DNA of 64,000 bases, from positions 157,329 through 221,328 of the forward strand of contig CAJTNA010000001.1 in the NCBI GenBank assembly GCA_910577845.1, written 5' to 3'. The stretch comes from an uncultured Christensenella sp. (GTDB taxonomy: Bacteria > Bacillota > Clostridia > Christensenellales > UBA3700). The notes below the pieces were generated by a model, which saw nothing but the letters and a program-made list of their open reading frames with translations, was not told the DNA's origin and searched no databases. Below are positions 39,255-49,277 of the stretch, one piece after another; the first letter of the stretch is position 1; every line of letters begins with the position of its first letter. A program made the position numbers and the translations under genes.

Positions 39255-40493
39255 ATGAAACAAAACAAATTCGTACAACTTCAAAATGATAATGTAGCTA
39301 TTACTTATTTAAGAGCAAGCCACCATTGTTTACAAAAGGAAAAATACATCAAATATTTGATGATATTTTTATCTTTTGGCATTTGTCTTGCTGCTATTTT
39401 TAATAGATACTTGCCTCAAATGATGCCAAAAGCAGATAACGCAGAAGCTATTCAACAAATAGTTGCAACCGTTATCAATTTGATTTCTGGTGTAATATTA
39501 GTTGTTGGATTGGTGCTTGGTTTTTATGTTTCTCGTATGCATACTGAAGGCACTGTACTGCGTGATAAATACGAATCTTATGTGTTTGGAACACTTAATC
39601 CCTCCATACTCAGACCTATTTCTCAAACAATGGTAGAAGAATATGCTAGAAGGACTAAACGTATCCCGGACGAACATTTTAAAAACTTTCTTTATGGTGA
39701 AAATGACGACCCAAAAATTGCAACTGCTCAATTTGAATACATTTGTAAAGAAGTTCATTCTGATTATAAGCTTTATCTTTCAATTCAACCATTCTTTTTA
39801 ACTATTTGGATTGGTTTTTGCGTACTTATAATTTTAATTGCAATTAGTTTTAATGATACTTTTGTTACCACTCTAATCAATATTTTGATACCATCTTTAT
39901 CTGCAATAACTACGATTGGTAATTCTTGGTATGGCTGTAGACTACAAATGCGACAACTACAAAATTTGATTAACATTACAGACCAAATTAATAAATTGTC
40001 TGAAAGCAAAAAAATGCAATATATTACTGACGAAAAAAATATGCGAATGCTCGCAGATGGTCTTTTTAATTATCGTTCAAGTGCGTTTGTAATTCCAAAT
40101 TTTCTTGAAAAAAGATTTACTAAACACTCCAACCTTGAAAAGAAAGCAAATGCTAGTGTAAAAGTAAATTCAAATGAAAATATGCTAGTTAAAAATAATT
40201 CAGCTAAAAAGCCTAACAATTATAGCAATTCAAACAAAACTACTCAAACAAAAACAACCAACCAAAATAAACAAGTTACAAATGGCAAGCAAAACAGCCA
40301 AGTTAAAGTAACTAACCAAAATAAAAGTAGCAATCAAAACAAACCTAAAACTATTGTAAACAAACCTTTGAATCAAATTCCTAAGCACCCTACTACTGCA
40401 AAAAGTCAAATTGTTCAAAAGCCAAAGAATTACAATAACCAACAAGCAAAAAAGACTAACCCAACGAAAGTTACAACTTACAAGAGTAAATAA
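39255..40493 (+). CDS. 4-TM membrane protein resembling S-4TM/SLATT-type effectors, with an N/Q/K/T-rich tail
   Basis: Two TM hairpins (about residues 35-95 and 180-235) separated by a soluble insert (GTVLRDKYESYVFG...). The C-terminal ~110 aa are low complexity (NQNK repeats). Confidence 0.4.
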   Translation: MKQNKFVQLQNDNVAITYLRASHHCLQKEKYIKYLMIFLSFGICLAAIFNRYLPQMMPKADNAEAIQQIVATVINLISGVILVVGLVLGFYVSRMHTEGTVLRDKYESYVFGTLNPSILRPISQTMVEEYARRTKRIPDEHFKNFLYGENDDPKIATAQFEYICKEVHSDYKLYLSIQPFFLTIWIGFCVLIILIAISFNDTFVTTLINILIPSLSAITTIGNSWYGCRLQMRQLQNLINITDQINKLSESKKMQYITDEKNMRMLADGLFNYRSSAFVIPNFLEKRFTKHSNLEKKANASVKVNSNENMLVKNNSAKKPNNYSNSNKTTQTKTTNQNKQVTNGKQNSQVKVTNQNKSSNQNKPKTIVNKPLNQIPKHPTTAKSQIVQKPKNYNNQQAKKTNPTKVTTYKSK

Positions 40494-40600
40494 AAAGTGA
40501 ATTAATAACACTAAATCATTTTAAAAGCCACTAGTAATCTAGTAGCTTTATTTTGATTAATATTAAATAATTAGTTAATTAAAACAAGAATGATAAAAAA

Positions 40601-41737
40601 TTACTCAAGCATAATTTCTTTTATTGTTGCTATGTTAGATTTGTACAAATAATAAGCAAATGTTAACGCATATAAGATAATAAAACTAGCTAATGTTATA
40701 AAGAATATTTTAACATTAAAAGTATACTCTGGCACATTTTCAACATCTTTAAAAATCAAGTTTAACATAAAATATAGCAAGCCGAATTGGTATATTGTTC
40801 CAATCAAAAAGCCTAAAAGCAAAAATATGATATATATTGCAAATATTGAAATAAAACATTCTTTATGCGTATAACCCATTGCTTTCATTAACGCTATATT
40901 TTTTGTATTGTTTTTTACAAGTGATGTCATTGCCATAAGCATTGAAATAATTGCAAGAACTATACCAATACCCAAAATCAACACACCCATTGTTCCAGAC
41001 ATTAAGTCCTCCATAGAAGCTCCCATTTGAACCATTGCTGAGAAACAAAAAGCGGAAAAAGCTACAAAAAATGCCAAAGATTTTTTGTTTTTTAGTGTTG
41101 CAAAACACATATCAAGTAAAAAAGGTCTTTCTTTCAAATTTTTACTATTTTTTGCTTTCCTTGATTTAGTAAGTTCACCTTTCATAAGTAACAATGCAGG
41201 TTTACGTAAAACAATTATTGCATAAACATAAGCTATTAATGAAAAACTGATAGTAGGAATTATTACCAAGCAAATGAGCAAGGTTGGATGGAATGCTGGA
41301 GTTACATTAGGCAAGCTATCAATAGTCAAATCTTTATAAATGTTTGACATTGACGCCCAACCAACGCTAAAGCCTACAATACAGCCTAGAAACACACTTA
41401 AACCAAAAGTAAAAAAGCTTAATGCTATCCTATAATTGGAATAACCAATTGCTTTGAATGTTCCGAGTGTTTTACAATTCTTATCAATATACAATTTTAT
41501 GTAAAACAGCATCATTATTATTACTATTATGGAAAGAAAACCACCAGTTACTGAGCAAGTAAATTTTGCAGTAGAAAGTTGAGCTGTGTAAAGTGGCATT
41601 ATTTCACTGCTAATACTATCTTTTAATGGCAAAACATCTATGTAATAATTTAAAAAGAAAGTACAAACAAACACTGCACAAAAGCAAACTATTGATACAC
41701 CAATTAATTTAAAACAATCTTTTATTGAAACTATCAT
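40601..41737 (-). CDS. ABC transporter permease (FtsX-like)
   Basis: Polytopic, 378 aa, 1 nt downstream of a MacB/LolD-type ATPase gene. Confidence 0.8.
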   Translation of the reverse strand: MIVSIKDCFKLIGVSIVCFCAVFVCTFFLNYYIDVLPLKDSISSEIMPLYTAQLSTAKFTCSVTGGFLSIIVIIMMLFYIKLYIDKNCKTLGTFKAIGYSNYRIALSFFTFGLSVFLGCIVGFSVGWASMSNIYKDLTIDSLPNVTPAFHPTLLICLVIIPTISFSLIAYVYAIIVLRKPALLLMKGELTKSRKAKNSKNLKERPFLLDMCFATLKNKKSLAFFVAFSAFCFSAMVQMGASMEDLMSGTMGVLILGIGIVLAIISMLMAMTSLVKNNTKNIALMKAMGYTHKECFISIFAIYIIFLLLGFLIGTIYQFGLLYFMLNLIFKDVENVPEYTFNVKIFFITLASFIILYALTFAYYLYKSNIATIKEIMLE

Positions 41738-41738
41738 T

Positions 41739-42425
41739 TTACCACCCTATTTCATAAGCAGTTTTTTGTTTTGAATTATTGATAATCTCAACTATTTTTC
41801 CGCTATTTATTTTAATTATTCTTTCTGCCATTTCTGCAATATTATTGTTATGAGTTACCATAATCATAGTAAAGTTTTGTTTAACTTTTTCTTGCATAAT
41901 GTAATTTAAAACTTCACGTCCAGTATTTTCGTCCAATGCACCAGTTGGCTCATCTAAAAATAGTATTTTAGGTTGTTTTGCAAGTGCTCTTGCAATGCAC
42001 ACTCTTTGTTGCTCACCACCAGATAGTTCAGTTGGCATTGACTTTGTTTTACTTTCCAAACCTAATGAGTTTATAATTGTTTTAAATTCAGAATTTTTTG
42101 CAAGGCTTGCCCCCATTTTAACATTGTTTTCAACATTTAAATGTGAAAGCAAGTAGTATTGTTGGAATATAAAGCCAATATTATCCTTTCTAAATTTAGT
42201 TAATTCTGCCTCTGTTTTATCCAATAAATTAATTCCATCTACAATAACACTGCCACTATCTGCTTTTTCAAGCCCAGATAAAATGTTCATTAATGTTGAC
42301 TTACCTGAACCAGATGCACCAAGTATAACTACAAATTCATTATCCTTGATATAAAGTGATACATCTTTAAGTACTTGCACTTTACCATTGTTATAAGACT
42401 TGCTTATATTCTCAGCTTTTATCAT
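41739..42425 (-). CDS. ABC transporter ATP-binding protein
   Basis: Walker A GASGSGKST, signature LSGGEQQR and Walker B LFLDEPTGALD. Confidence 0.95.
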   Translation of the reverse strand: MIKAENISKSYNNGKVQVLKDVSLYIKDNEFVVILGASGSGKSTLMNILSGLEKADSGSVIVDGINLLDKTEAELTKFRKDNIGFIFQQYYLLSHLNVENNVKMGASLAKNSEFKTIINSLGLESKTKSMPTELSGGEQQRVCIARALAKQPKILFLDEPTGALDENTGREVLNYIMQEKVKQNFTMIMVTHNNNIAEMAERIIKINSGKIVEIINNSKQKTAYEIGW

Positions 42426-42991
42426 TTTTTCACCTCATACATTATTAAACTCCTACAAACTAGATTTAATCTATCTGATATTTCCTCGTCAGTTAATTCA
42501 CACATTTTATTAACAATTAATGTTGCTATTCCGTGGCTGAATATCCACATATCAAGATACAACTCTTTTGCAAATTCCTTTGATACCATATAATGCTCCG
42601 TTATTGAATTTAATACTTCTTCATAACTATCCTCAATAATCCCTAAAATATTATTAGTACTTGGATTATTATCAATTTGTTTCATAAATAATATTTTAAA
42701 TAAATTAGGATGTTCTTTCGCAAACTTAATATATGCTATACCTACACCTCTAAAAGCGATTTCCTCTTGCAAACCAATTTTAACATAGCTTTGATAAAGG
42801 TCATTTGCAAACTGGTTTACACCACAAATCACATCGTCCATACTATCAAATGTAGTAAATATAGGTCTTGAGGAACATCCAAGCCACTCACCTAGCGACC
42901 TTGCTGTTAAAAATTCTATACCTTGACTTTCCACAATATCAATTGCTTTTAAAATAATTTCCTCTTTATTAAACTTTGCATTTCTTGGCAT
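42422..42991 (-). CDS. TetR/AcrR family transcriptional regulator
   Basis: N-terminal HTH (LTARSLGEWLGCSSRPIFTTF). First gene of the ABC operon. Confidence 0.85.
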   Translation of the reverse strand: MPRNAKFNKEEIILKAIDIVESQGIEFLTARSLGEWLGCSSRPIFTTFDSMDDVICGVNQFANDLYQSYVKIGLQEEIAFRGVGIAYIKFAKEHPNLFKILFMKQIDNNPSTNNILGIIEDSYEEVLNSITEHYMVSKEFAKELYLDMWIFSHGIATLIVNKMCELTDEEISDRLNLVCRSLIMYEVKK

Positions 42992-43013
42992 ACTTACCTC
43001 ATAAAAAAATACT

Positions 43014-43071
43014 AAAACATATGTTTTACAACATCTGTTTTAATATTAACACAATAATATTTAATTGTCAA
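43014..43071 (-). promoter_or_regulatory. Promoter and palindromic operator of the TetR-ABC operon
   Basis: On the minus strand: TTGACA (43066-43071), 17-nt spacer, tgtTAATAT (43043-43048). Downstream lies the perfect 14-bp palindrome aaaacatatgtttt (43014-43027), next to the related sequence aaaacagatgtt. Confidence 0.6.
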
Positions 43072-43098
43072 TATAAATTATCAAATATCTTGAAAATT

Positions 43099-43127
43099 TT
43101 GACAAATTACACAATTTGTGATATAAT
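43099..43127 (+). promoter_or_regulatory. Promoter giving a probable leaderless mRNA for the GNAT gene
   Basis: TTGACA, 17-nt spacer, tgaTATAAT. The -10 element ends 6 nt before the ATG at 43134 and there is no SD. Confidence 0.55.
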
Positions 43128-43133
43128 TTTATT

Positions 43134-43892
43134 ATGAAAACTATTGAAAAAACACTTGAATATTATGAGTTAATAATGACTCTTGATAACTTAAACACAA
43201 CTGAATACACATTGCCTAAAGGTTATAAAATTGAGTTTTGGAATGATAACAATTGTATAAACGACTGGATAAAAATACATTTGGAAACGGGAGAATTTGC
43301 CTCACTAAAAGAAGCAGAGGATATTTTTCATATGTATTATGACAGATTATATAATGAACTAACTAAACATTGCTTTTTTATAACTGATTCTAAAGGTACT
43401 AAAATTGCAACAGCAACTATATCACCTATTGAGGAAAATGGCTATAATTGTGCTATAGATTGGCTTGGAATAAGTGTAAATTATCAAGGCAAAGGGCTTG
43501 GCAAAGCTTTGCTTTCAAAAACAATAGCACTTGCAAAAGAATTAGGCTATGACAAATTATTATTGCACACTCAAACACATACTTGGCTTGCAGTAAAACT
43601 ATATTTAGACTTTGGTTTTAAACCATTTAATATAGATGAGAAAAAAGGTTGGCAAATTTTAAAAACTTTAACTAATCATAAGGCATTAGATAGTTTCACT
43701 AAATTAAATTATAATGAATTATTTGATATTAAGATAATAAATATTAAAAATGAGTTATCAAAAATTTACAACACTTTTCACTATAGTGTTTGGTATATTG
43801 ACGGACGCAATGATGTTTTTGTAAATGCAGAAAATAAATTTTATCACTATAAATTTTTTGACAATGGCAAAACATTAAAGCTAGTAAAATAA
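43134..43892 (+). CDS. GNAT family N-acetyltransferase
   Basis: YQGKGLGKALL acetyl-CoA motif and LYLDFGFKP; 252 aa. Confidence 0.8.
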   Translation: MKTIEKTLEYYELIMTLDNLNTTEYTLPKGYKIEFWNDNNCINDWIKIHLETGEFASLKEAEDIFHMYYDRLYNELTKHCFFITDSKGTKIATATISPIEENGYNCAIDWLGISVNYQGKGLGKALLSKTIALAKELGYDKLLLHTQTHTWLAVKLYLDFGFKPFNIDEKKGWQILKTLTNHKALDSFTKLNYNELFDIKIINIKNELSKIYNTFHYSVWYIDGRNDVFVNAENKFYHYKFFDNGKTLKLVK

Positions 43893-44122
43893 TAACCTAA
43901 CAGCTTTAACAAAAACAACAAAAAGGCAAATAATTTTGCCTTTTTGTTTGTATAATTTCATTTATTATTGATATTATAAAATCAAGCTGTCCTTTTGTAT
44001 CAAGCTTTTGCAAAACAATAGTTTTATATTATACACATATTAAAAAAAATATAAAAACTTTTCTTTTTGTTGACATATTGGTTTTAATAAATATAAATTT
44101 TTAAATTTCAATAATCAATTTA

Positions 44123-45331
44123 TTAAAGCTCAATATTCTCTGCAATTTTTCTTAAAAACTCTTTTGTCTCACATTTAGTTACTTTTACGGCATCATTTTT
44201 GAATATTAATGCTAAGTCACCTGTCATAAAACCAGACTCAATAGTTTTAATACTTGCTTTTTCAACACTATCAGCAAAAGCAATTAAGTCTTTATTATTA
44301 TCTAGTTGACCACGTTTTCTAAATGCACCAGTCCAAGCAAAAATTGTTGCAATAGGATTTGTTGAAGTACTTTCACCTTTTTGATATTTGTAATAGTGTC
44401 TTGTAACAGTTCCGTGTGCTGCTTCAAATTCCATTACGCCGTCTGGAGCAACCAAAACACTTGTCATCATTGCCAAACTACCAAAAGCAGTTGCAACCAT
44501 ATCTGACATAACATCACCATCGTAGTTTTTACAAGCCCATATAAATCCACCATTGCTACGAACCACTCTTGCAACAGCATCATCAATCAATGTATAAAAA
44601 TACTCTATGCCAGCTTTTTCAAATTTTTCTTTGTAATCGGCCTCATATACTTCGTTGAAAATATCTTTAAATCTATGGTCATAAATTTTACTAATTGTAT
44701 CCTTAGAAGAAAACCATACATCTTGTTTAGTTTCCAAAGCAAAGTTGAAACAAGACCTTGCAAAACTTTCAATAGAATTGTCTGTATTGTGCATACCCAT
44801 ACAAATTCCATTTGTTTTAGAGTAATCAAAAATCTCAATCTCTCTCTTTCCGTCTTTATCCTCAATTACAAGTTTTGCAGTACCACCCTTTGCAACTTTA
44901 GCCTCAACATTTTTATAAATATCACCATATGCGTGACGTGCTATAGTGATTGGTTTAGTCCAAGTAGGAATATATGGAGTAATTCCATTTACAACTATAG
45001 GTGTTCTAAATACAGTACCATCAAGGATAGCTCTTATAGTACCATTTGGTGATTTCCACATTTGCTTCAAGTTGTACTCGCTCATTCTTTGAGTGTTTGG
45101 AGTTATTGTAGCACACTTTACACCAACACCATATTTTTTAATGGCATATGATGCATCAATAGTAACTTGGTCATTTGTTTTATCTCTTTCAACCAAACCC
45201 AAATCATAAAATTCTGTTTTTAAATCCACAAATGGCTCAATTAGAATTTCCTTAATCCAGTCCCAAATAAGTCTGGTCATCTCATCACCTTGCATTTCAA
45301 CTATAGGTGTAGTCATTTTGATTTTATTCAT
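44123..45331 (-). CDS. icd: NADP-dependent isocitrate dehydrogenase (eukaryote-like homodimeric type)
   Basis: PIVEMQGDEMTRLIW N-terminus, NGTIRAILDG and HGTVTRHY motifs; 402 aa. Confidence 0.92.
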   Translation of the reverse strand: MNKIKMTTPIVEMQGDEMTRLIWDWIKEILIEPFVDLKTEFYDLGLVERDKTNDQVTIDASYAIKKYGVGVKCATITPNTQRMSEYNLKQMWKSPNGTIRAILDGTVFRTPIVVNGITPYIPTWTKPITIARHAYGDIYKNVEAKVAKGGTAKLVIEDKDGKREIEIFDYSKTNGICMGMHNTDNSIESFARSCFNFALETKQDVWFSSKDTISKIYDHRFKDIFNEVYEADYKEKFEKAGIEYFYTLIDDAVARVVRSNGGFIWACKNYDGDVMSDMVATAFGSLAMMTSVLVAPDGVMEFEAAHGTVTRHYYKYQKGESTSTNPIATIFAWTGAFRKRGQLDNNKDLIAFADSVEKASIKTIESGFMTGDLALIFKNDAVKVTKCETKEFLRKIAENIEL

Positions 45332-45476
45332 AAGTAATTTCCTTCCTTGCTTAATGATTTACAATTTAGTATAATATCTATAATTTTATTTACAAAATAC
45401 CAAAACCAAAAGCGGTGCAAACAGCAAATTGGCAAAAGTAAAGTACAATCTTAGATATTAATATTGTTATTATATA

Positions 45477-46607
45477 TCATTTATGGAATTTTTGCAATAG
45501 TTTAGGCGAACTATTTTCACTTAAAGTTAATAAACTACTATCAAATCTCTTAATTAAAGCAAAATTTTCTTTATAACGTCTTATGCCCTCGGTAATCAAC
45601 ATATCTGTTAAATCCATTAAGTCAAGTCCGCCATTTGCAAACAAATAATATGCTAGTGAACCAGGGATAGTATTTATCTCATTCAAATATAACTCATTGT
45701 AAACACTATCATATAAATAGTCAATTCTAACCACACCAAAAAGCCCTAGTTGTTCATATACTAACTTAGTGGTTTTTACAATCATTTTACGCAAATCAGT
45801 TGGAATCTCAAATTTACCTTGTTTTGCTTTGCCGTCAAAAATTAAATATTTGTCACCAAAGTCCAAAATCTCTTTACTGCGAACTGGAATGTCAACATCG
45901 CTAATTAAAATCTCACCATTGCTCAAAATTGCAGCACAATTAAATTCAATCAAGTTGTCAACCTTTTGTTCAATCAAAGCATACTTGTCATACCTTAAAG
46001 CGTTTTGAATCGCTTTGTAAATTTGCTTGCTATCACTAACCGCTTGCACACCTACAGACGAACCCAAGCTATTAGGTTTAACAACCACATTGCAATTAAA
46101 TTCCTCAAAGATTTTTCCAACTTGCTCTTCAGTAACCTTATCGTCTATTATTTTGTAATTAACATTTTTAACCCCGATTTTCGTCATATTTTCGTGAGTT
46201 AAAGTCTTATCCATACATATAGCAGACCTTGCAATGTCGGTACTTGTATAAGGTATTCCAAATGTTTCAAGCACACCTTGCAAACCTCCATTTTCACCCA
46301 CACCACCGTGCATACATAGTAATGCAACATCTATATTAATTACTTTTTCTTTAAACTTGCTTTTAGCGTAAACAAATCGCTTATTGGAAATATAAATTTC
46401 CTTAAAATCTGACTTATTAAATTTAGTATATGTACTAACACTTAACGCTTTCCTACTTTCTACTACCCAAAACTTATTATCCCTTACATAAACTGCAATA
46501 CCATCATATTTGCTGGCATCTAAAGACGACAACGCACCGATGCCAGTAATTACGCTAATGTCGGACTCTACACTGTCACCACCAAAAAAAACAGCAACTT
46601 TAATCAT
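45477..46607 (-). CDS. ddl: D-alanine--D-alanine ligase
   Basis: ATP-grasp motifs (HGGVGENGGLQG, VVKPNSLGSSVGV, EINTIPG), adjacent to murF. Confidence 0.9.
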   Translation of the reverse strand: MIKVAVFFGGDSVESDISVITGIGALSSLDASKYDGIAVYVRDNKFWVVESRKALSVSTYTKFNKSDFKEIYISNKRFVYAKSKFKEKVINIDVALLCMHGGVGENGGLQGVLETFGIPYTSTDIARSAICMDKTLTHENMTKIGVKNVNYKIIDDKVTEEQVGKIFEEFNCNVVVKPNSLGSSVGVQAVSDSKQIYKAIQNALRYDKYALIEQKVDNLIEFNCAAILSNGEILISDVDIPVRSKEILDFGDKYLIFDGKAKQGKFEIPTDLRKMIVKTTKLVYEQLGLFGVVRIDYLYDSVYNELYLNEINTIPGSLAYYLFANGGLDLMDLTDMLITEGIRRYKENFALIKRFDSSLLTLSENSSPKLLQKFHK

Positions 46608-46616
46608 ATCTACCTC

Positions 46617-48164
46617 CTAATAATTATCTGGCAAATCGTTTAACAATAACAATACATCGCCAGCACGTAAAGTTTCTTTAAAAGCGGTTTGTGCATCTCT
46701 TAAATTTTTATACATAATTATTCTAGTCGGATTATAACCACTATCCTCTAGTCCCTTTTTAATTTTTTCACCAAGCTTACCAACTAATATCGTAATATCC
46801 GCCACACTAGATATTTTAACTCCTAAATTGTAATTTATTTCGTCCTCTTGATTACCAGCTTCTACAATGCCTTGGCACAAAACAACTTTTCTGCTATCAA
46901 ACATTGATAAAGTATCTAAAGCAACCTTAGTTCCTACCTCGTTAGCATTGTAACTATCATCAATTATAGTAATTCCGTTTGCCTTAATTACCTCAAGCCT
47001 ATGTGGTGTAAATTCAAGCTTTTCAATACCATATGAAATGCTATCAATATCCATACCTAGGCTTACTGCTACAGCTACTGCAAGTAATATATTCTCTAAA
47101 TTATGTCTTCCGATTAGTTTAGTTCTAACACTTCTAACATTGTCTCCAATCTTTAAATCAAACACTGTTCCATCAGAAGTTGTGACTAAATTTTCCGCAC
47201 AAATGTTCCCCCTATCAATATTGATTAAAACTTTGTTTGGAATACTACACCTTTCATACATATTTTTTGAGCGTGCATTTTCACCATTAAACACTGCTAA
47301 ACCATTACTATCAAGTGCCTCAATTAACTCGTATTTGCCTCTCATTACATCCTCAACACTTCCAAATGTTTGCAAATGTTGACCTGCAATTCCAGTAATA
47401 ACACCAACTTGTGGCTTTAATGCTTTAGCTATTTTTGCAACATCACCCAATCGCCTTGCACCTATTTCCATAATAAAAACTTGTGTGTCTTTTTTAATTT
47501 CGTTTACACTTTTTGCAAGTCCCATTGGTGTGTTATAGCTAAATGGAGATTGCACAACATTAAACGATTCACTTAATATTGTAGCCATAATATTTTTAAC
47601 AGAAGTCTTACCATATGAACCAGTAATACCGATTTTCATAAGATTATTGTACTCGTCAAGCTTTTTAACCGCACAATTAAAATATTTGTTTTGAATACTT
47701 TTTTCTAGTGGACTTATCAATAAAAACACTAATCTAACTACTAGCGGAGTCAACAACAAGTTAATCCATACAAAGTAAAATATGCTCATATTAACTTTAA
47801 AAGATAGATAATAAATACCCGCAAAAAATCCTAGAGTTATAATTGTAAACAAAACAAAATAACGCATAATTCTAGCAGTAATTACAAGTGGCGTTTTTGA
47901 TTTTTTAATTAAGTCAAATATGCAATAAATTAATATTGGCAAGGCAAACGCAAGCAACATAGCATACCATAAATTAATTTTAAAAATTGATAAAACTATG
48001 CAAATTACCTCGCCTATTAAAATTGACATATAAAGCCCAATTTGATATGTCATTTCTGCCCCATAAAAACCTAAAGTATAACTTTGTAGTTGTATTATAT
48101 TCACATTTCGCACTGCAACTAAAATGAGTAGCAATGCCAGCACAAAACAAATAACAATTTGCAT
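46617..48164 (-). CDS. murF: UDP-MurNAc-tripeptide--D-Ala-D-Ala ligase (MurF) with an N-terminal polytopic membrane region
   Basis: GITGSYGKTS P-loop, Mur ligase middle and C-terminal domains (DSYNAN). The start was set at 48164 behind a GGGAGG RBS. The first ~170 aa are hydrophobic helices. Confidence 0.85.
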   Translation of the reverse strand: MQIVICFVLALLLILVAVRNVNIIQLQSYTLGFYGAEMTYQIGLYMSILIGEVICIVLSIFKINLWYAMLLAFALPILIYCIFDLIKKSKTPLVITARIMRYFVLFTIITLGFFAGIYYLSFKVNMSIFYFVWINLLLTPLVVRLVFLLISPLEKSIQNKYFNCAVKKLDEYNNLMKIGITGSYGKTSVKNIMATILSESFNVVQSPFSYNTPMGLAKSVNEIKKDTQVFIMEIGARRLGDVAKIAKALKPQVGVITGIAGQHLQTFGSVEDVMRGKYELIEALDSNGLAVFNGENARSKNMYERCSIPNKVLINIDRGNICAENLVTTSDGTVFDLKIGDNVRSVRTKLIGRHNLENILLAVAVAVSLGMDIDSISYGIEKLEFTPHRLEVIKANGITIIDDSYNANEVGTKVALDTLSMFDSRKVVLCQGIVEAGNQEDEINYNLGVKISSVADITILVGKLGEKIKKGLEDSGYNPTRIIMYKNLRDAQTAFKETLRAGDVLLLLNDLPDNY

Positions 48165-48178
48165 AAAAAAACCTCCCT

Positions 48179-48871
48179 TTACTTTCCGCAAAAACTTCTC
48201 AAACAATTATAAAAAGTATCTTTTGATTGTAAATAGCTAAAATGTCCGCAATTTTCTATTACAACCAATCGTGAGTCTTTTATTTTTTTATTGAATGTTT
48301 TTGCAAACTCTAAAGGAGTTTCTTTATCCTCACTTCCCCAAAAAATTAATGTGGGGATATTTATTTTTGTTATTTCTTTATTTTGATAATGATTTACAAT
48401 ATTTATAAATGTCTGTTTCATTACTGGTGATAATGTCTTATAGTCTTGTGAACCATACTTCTCAATATTTAACTTAAGCTTCTTTTTTATTTTATATGTA
48501 TAAACTTTTATATAGTACTTAATTCCTCTTTTAGGTTTAAGTCCTGCACTATCTACCAATACCAATTTATCACAACAATTATTTACTGCAAGTTTAATAG
48601 CTACTCTGCCACCAAATGAATGTCCTACAACGATTATTTCATTTGCTGTCTGCATTTTGATAACTTGCCTTACATATTCATAATAATCAAAAATTGTGAG
48701 CGGTTTTTCTGGCTCGCTCTCAAAAAAAGATATAAGTAAACACTTATATCTATCATCAAGCATTTGTGCAACCTCGGCAAAACTTTCAAAGCCTCCACCA
48801 AAGCCGTGCAAAAATACTATCAATTTATCACCTGTACCAAATACCTTATAATTAATACTACACACCCCCAA
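48179..48871 (-). CDS. Alpha/beta hydrolase
   Basis: HGFGG oxyanion motif, GHSFGG nucleophile elbow and a C-terminal GH. Confidence 0.8.
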   Translation of the reverse strand: MGVCSINYKVFGTGDKLIVFLHGFGGGFESFAEVAQMLDDRYKCLLISFFESEPEKPLTIFDYYEYVRQVIKMQTANEIIVVGHSFGGRVAIKLAVNNCCDKLVLVDSAGLKPKRGIKYYIKVYTYKIKKKLKLNIEKYGSQDYKTLSPVMKQTFINIVNHYQNKEITKINIPTLIFWGSEDKETPLEFAKTFNKKIKDSRLVVIENCGHFSYLQSKDTFYNCLRSFCGK

Positions 48872-49277
48872 AAGCGTAAATCAACGCATCTTCACCATCC
48901 TTGTAGTATTTTTTGCGTACAGATATTTTTTCAAATCCGCATTTTTCGTAAAGTTTAATTGCTTTTATATTGCTTACTCGCACTTCCAAAAACAATTTTT
49001 CTATATCATTAATTTTTGCTACTTTGATTAATTCCTTAACCAGTTCAGTTCCATATCCTTTGCCTTGCTCATTTGGTATGACTGCAACATTTGTAATATC
49101 TCCACTAGGATATAACCCAGCATAACCAACTACCTTATTGTCAATCTCCGCCACTACCATAATGCAACCATTTTCAATTGAAGAAATTATCATATTTTCA
49201 GACCAAGGAGTGGAAAAGCACCGATTTTCGACCGCTTTTATACCATTGATATCATTTAATGTAGCCATTCTTAACAT
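48858..49277 (-). CDS. rimI: Ribosomal-protein-alanine N-acetyltransferase
   Basis: GNAT motif QGKGYGTELV. Follows tsaB, the conserved tsaE-tsaB-rimI order. Confidence 0.85.
   Translation of the reverse strand: MLRMATLNDINGIKAVENRCFSTPWSENMIISSIENGCIMVVAEIDNKVVGYAGLYPSGDITNVAVIPNEQGKGYGTELVKELIKVAKINDIEKLFLEVRVSNIKAIKLYEKCGFEKISVRKKYYKDGEDALIYAFGGV

Noticed and set aside
40180-40490. Repetitive caaaa/aaccaaaat-rich DNA, as a possible tandem repeat or CRISPR-like array.
   Set aside because: There are no regular repeat-spacer units. The region is in frame as the low-complexity N/Q/K/T tail of the 39255-40493 CDS.
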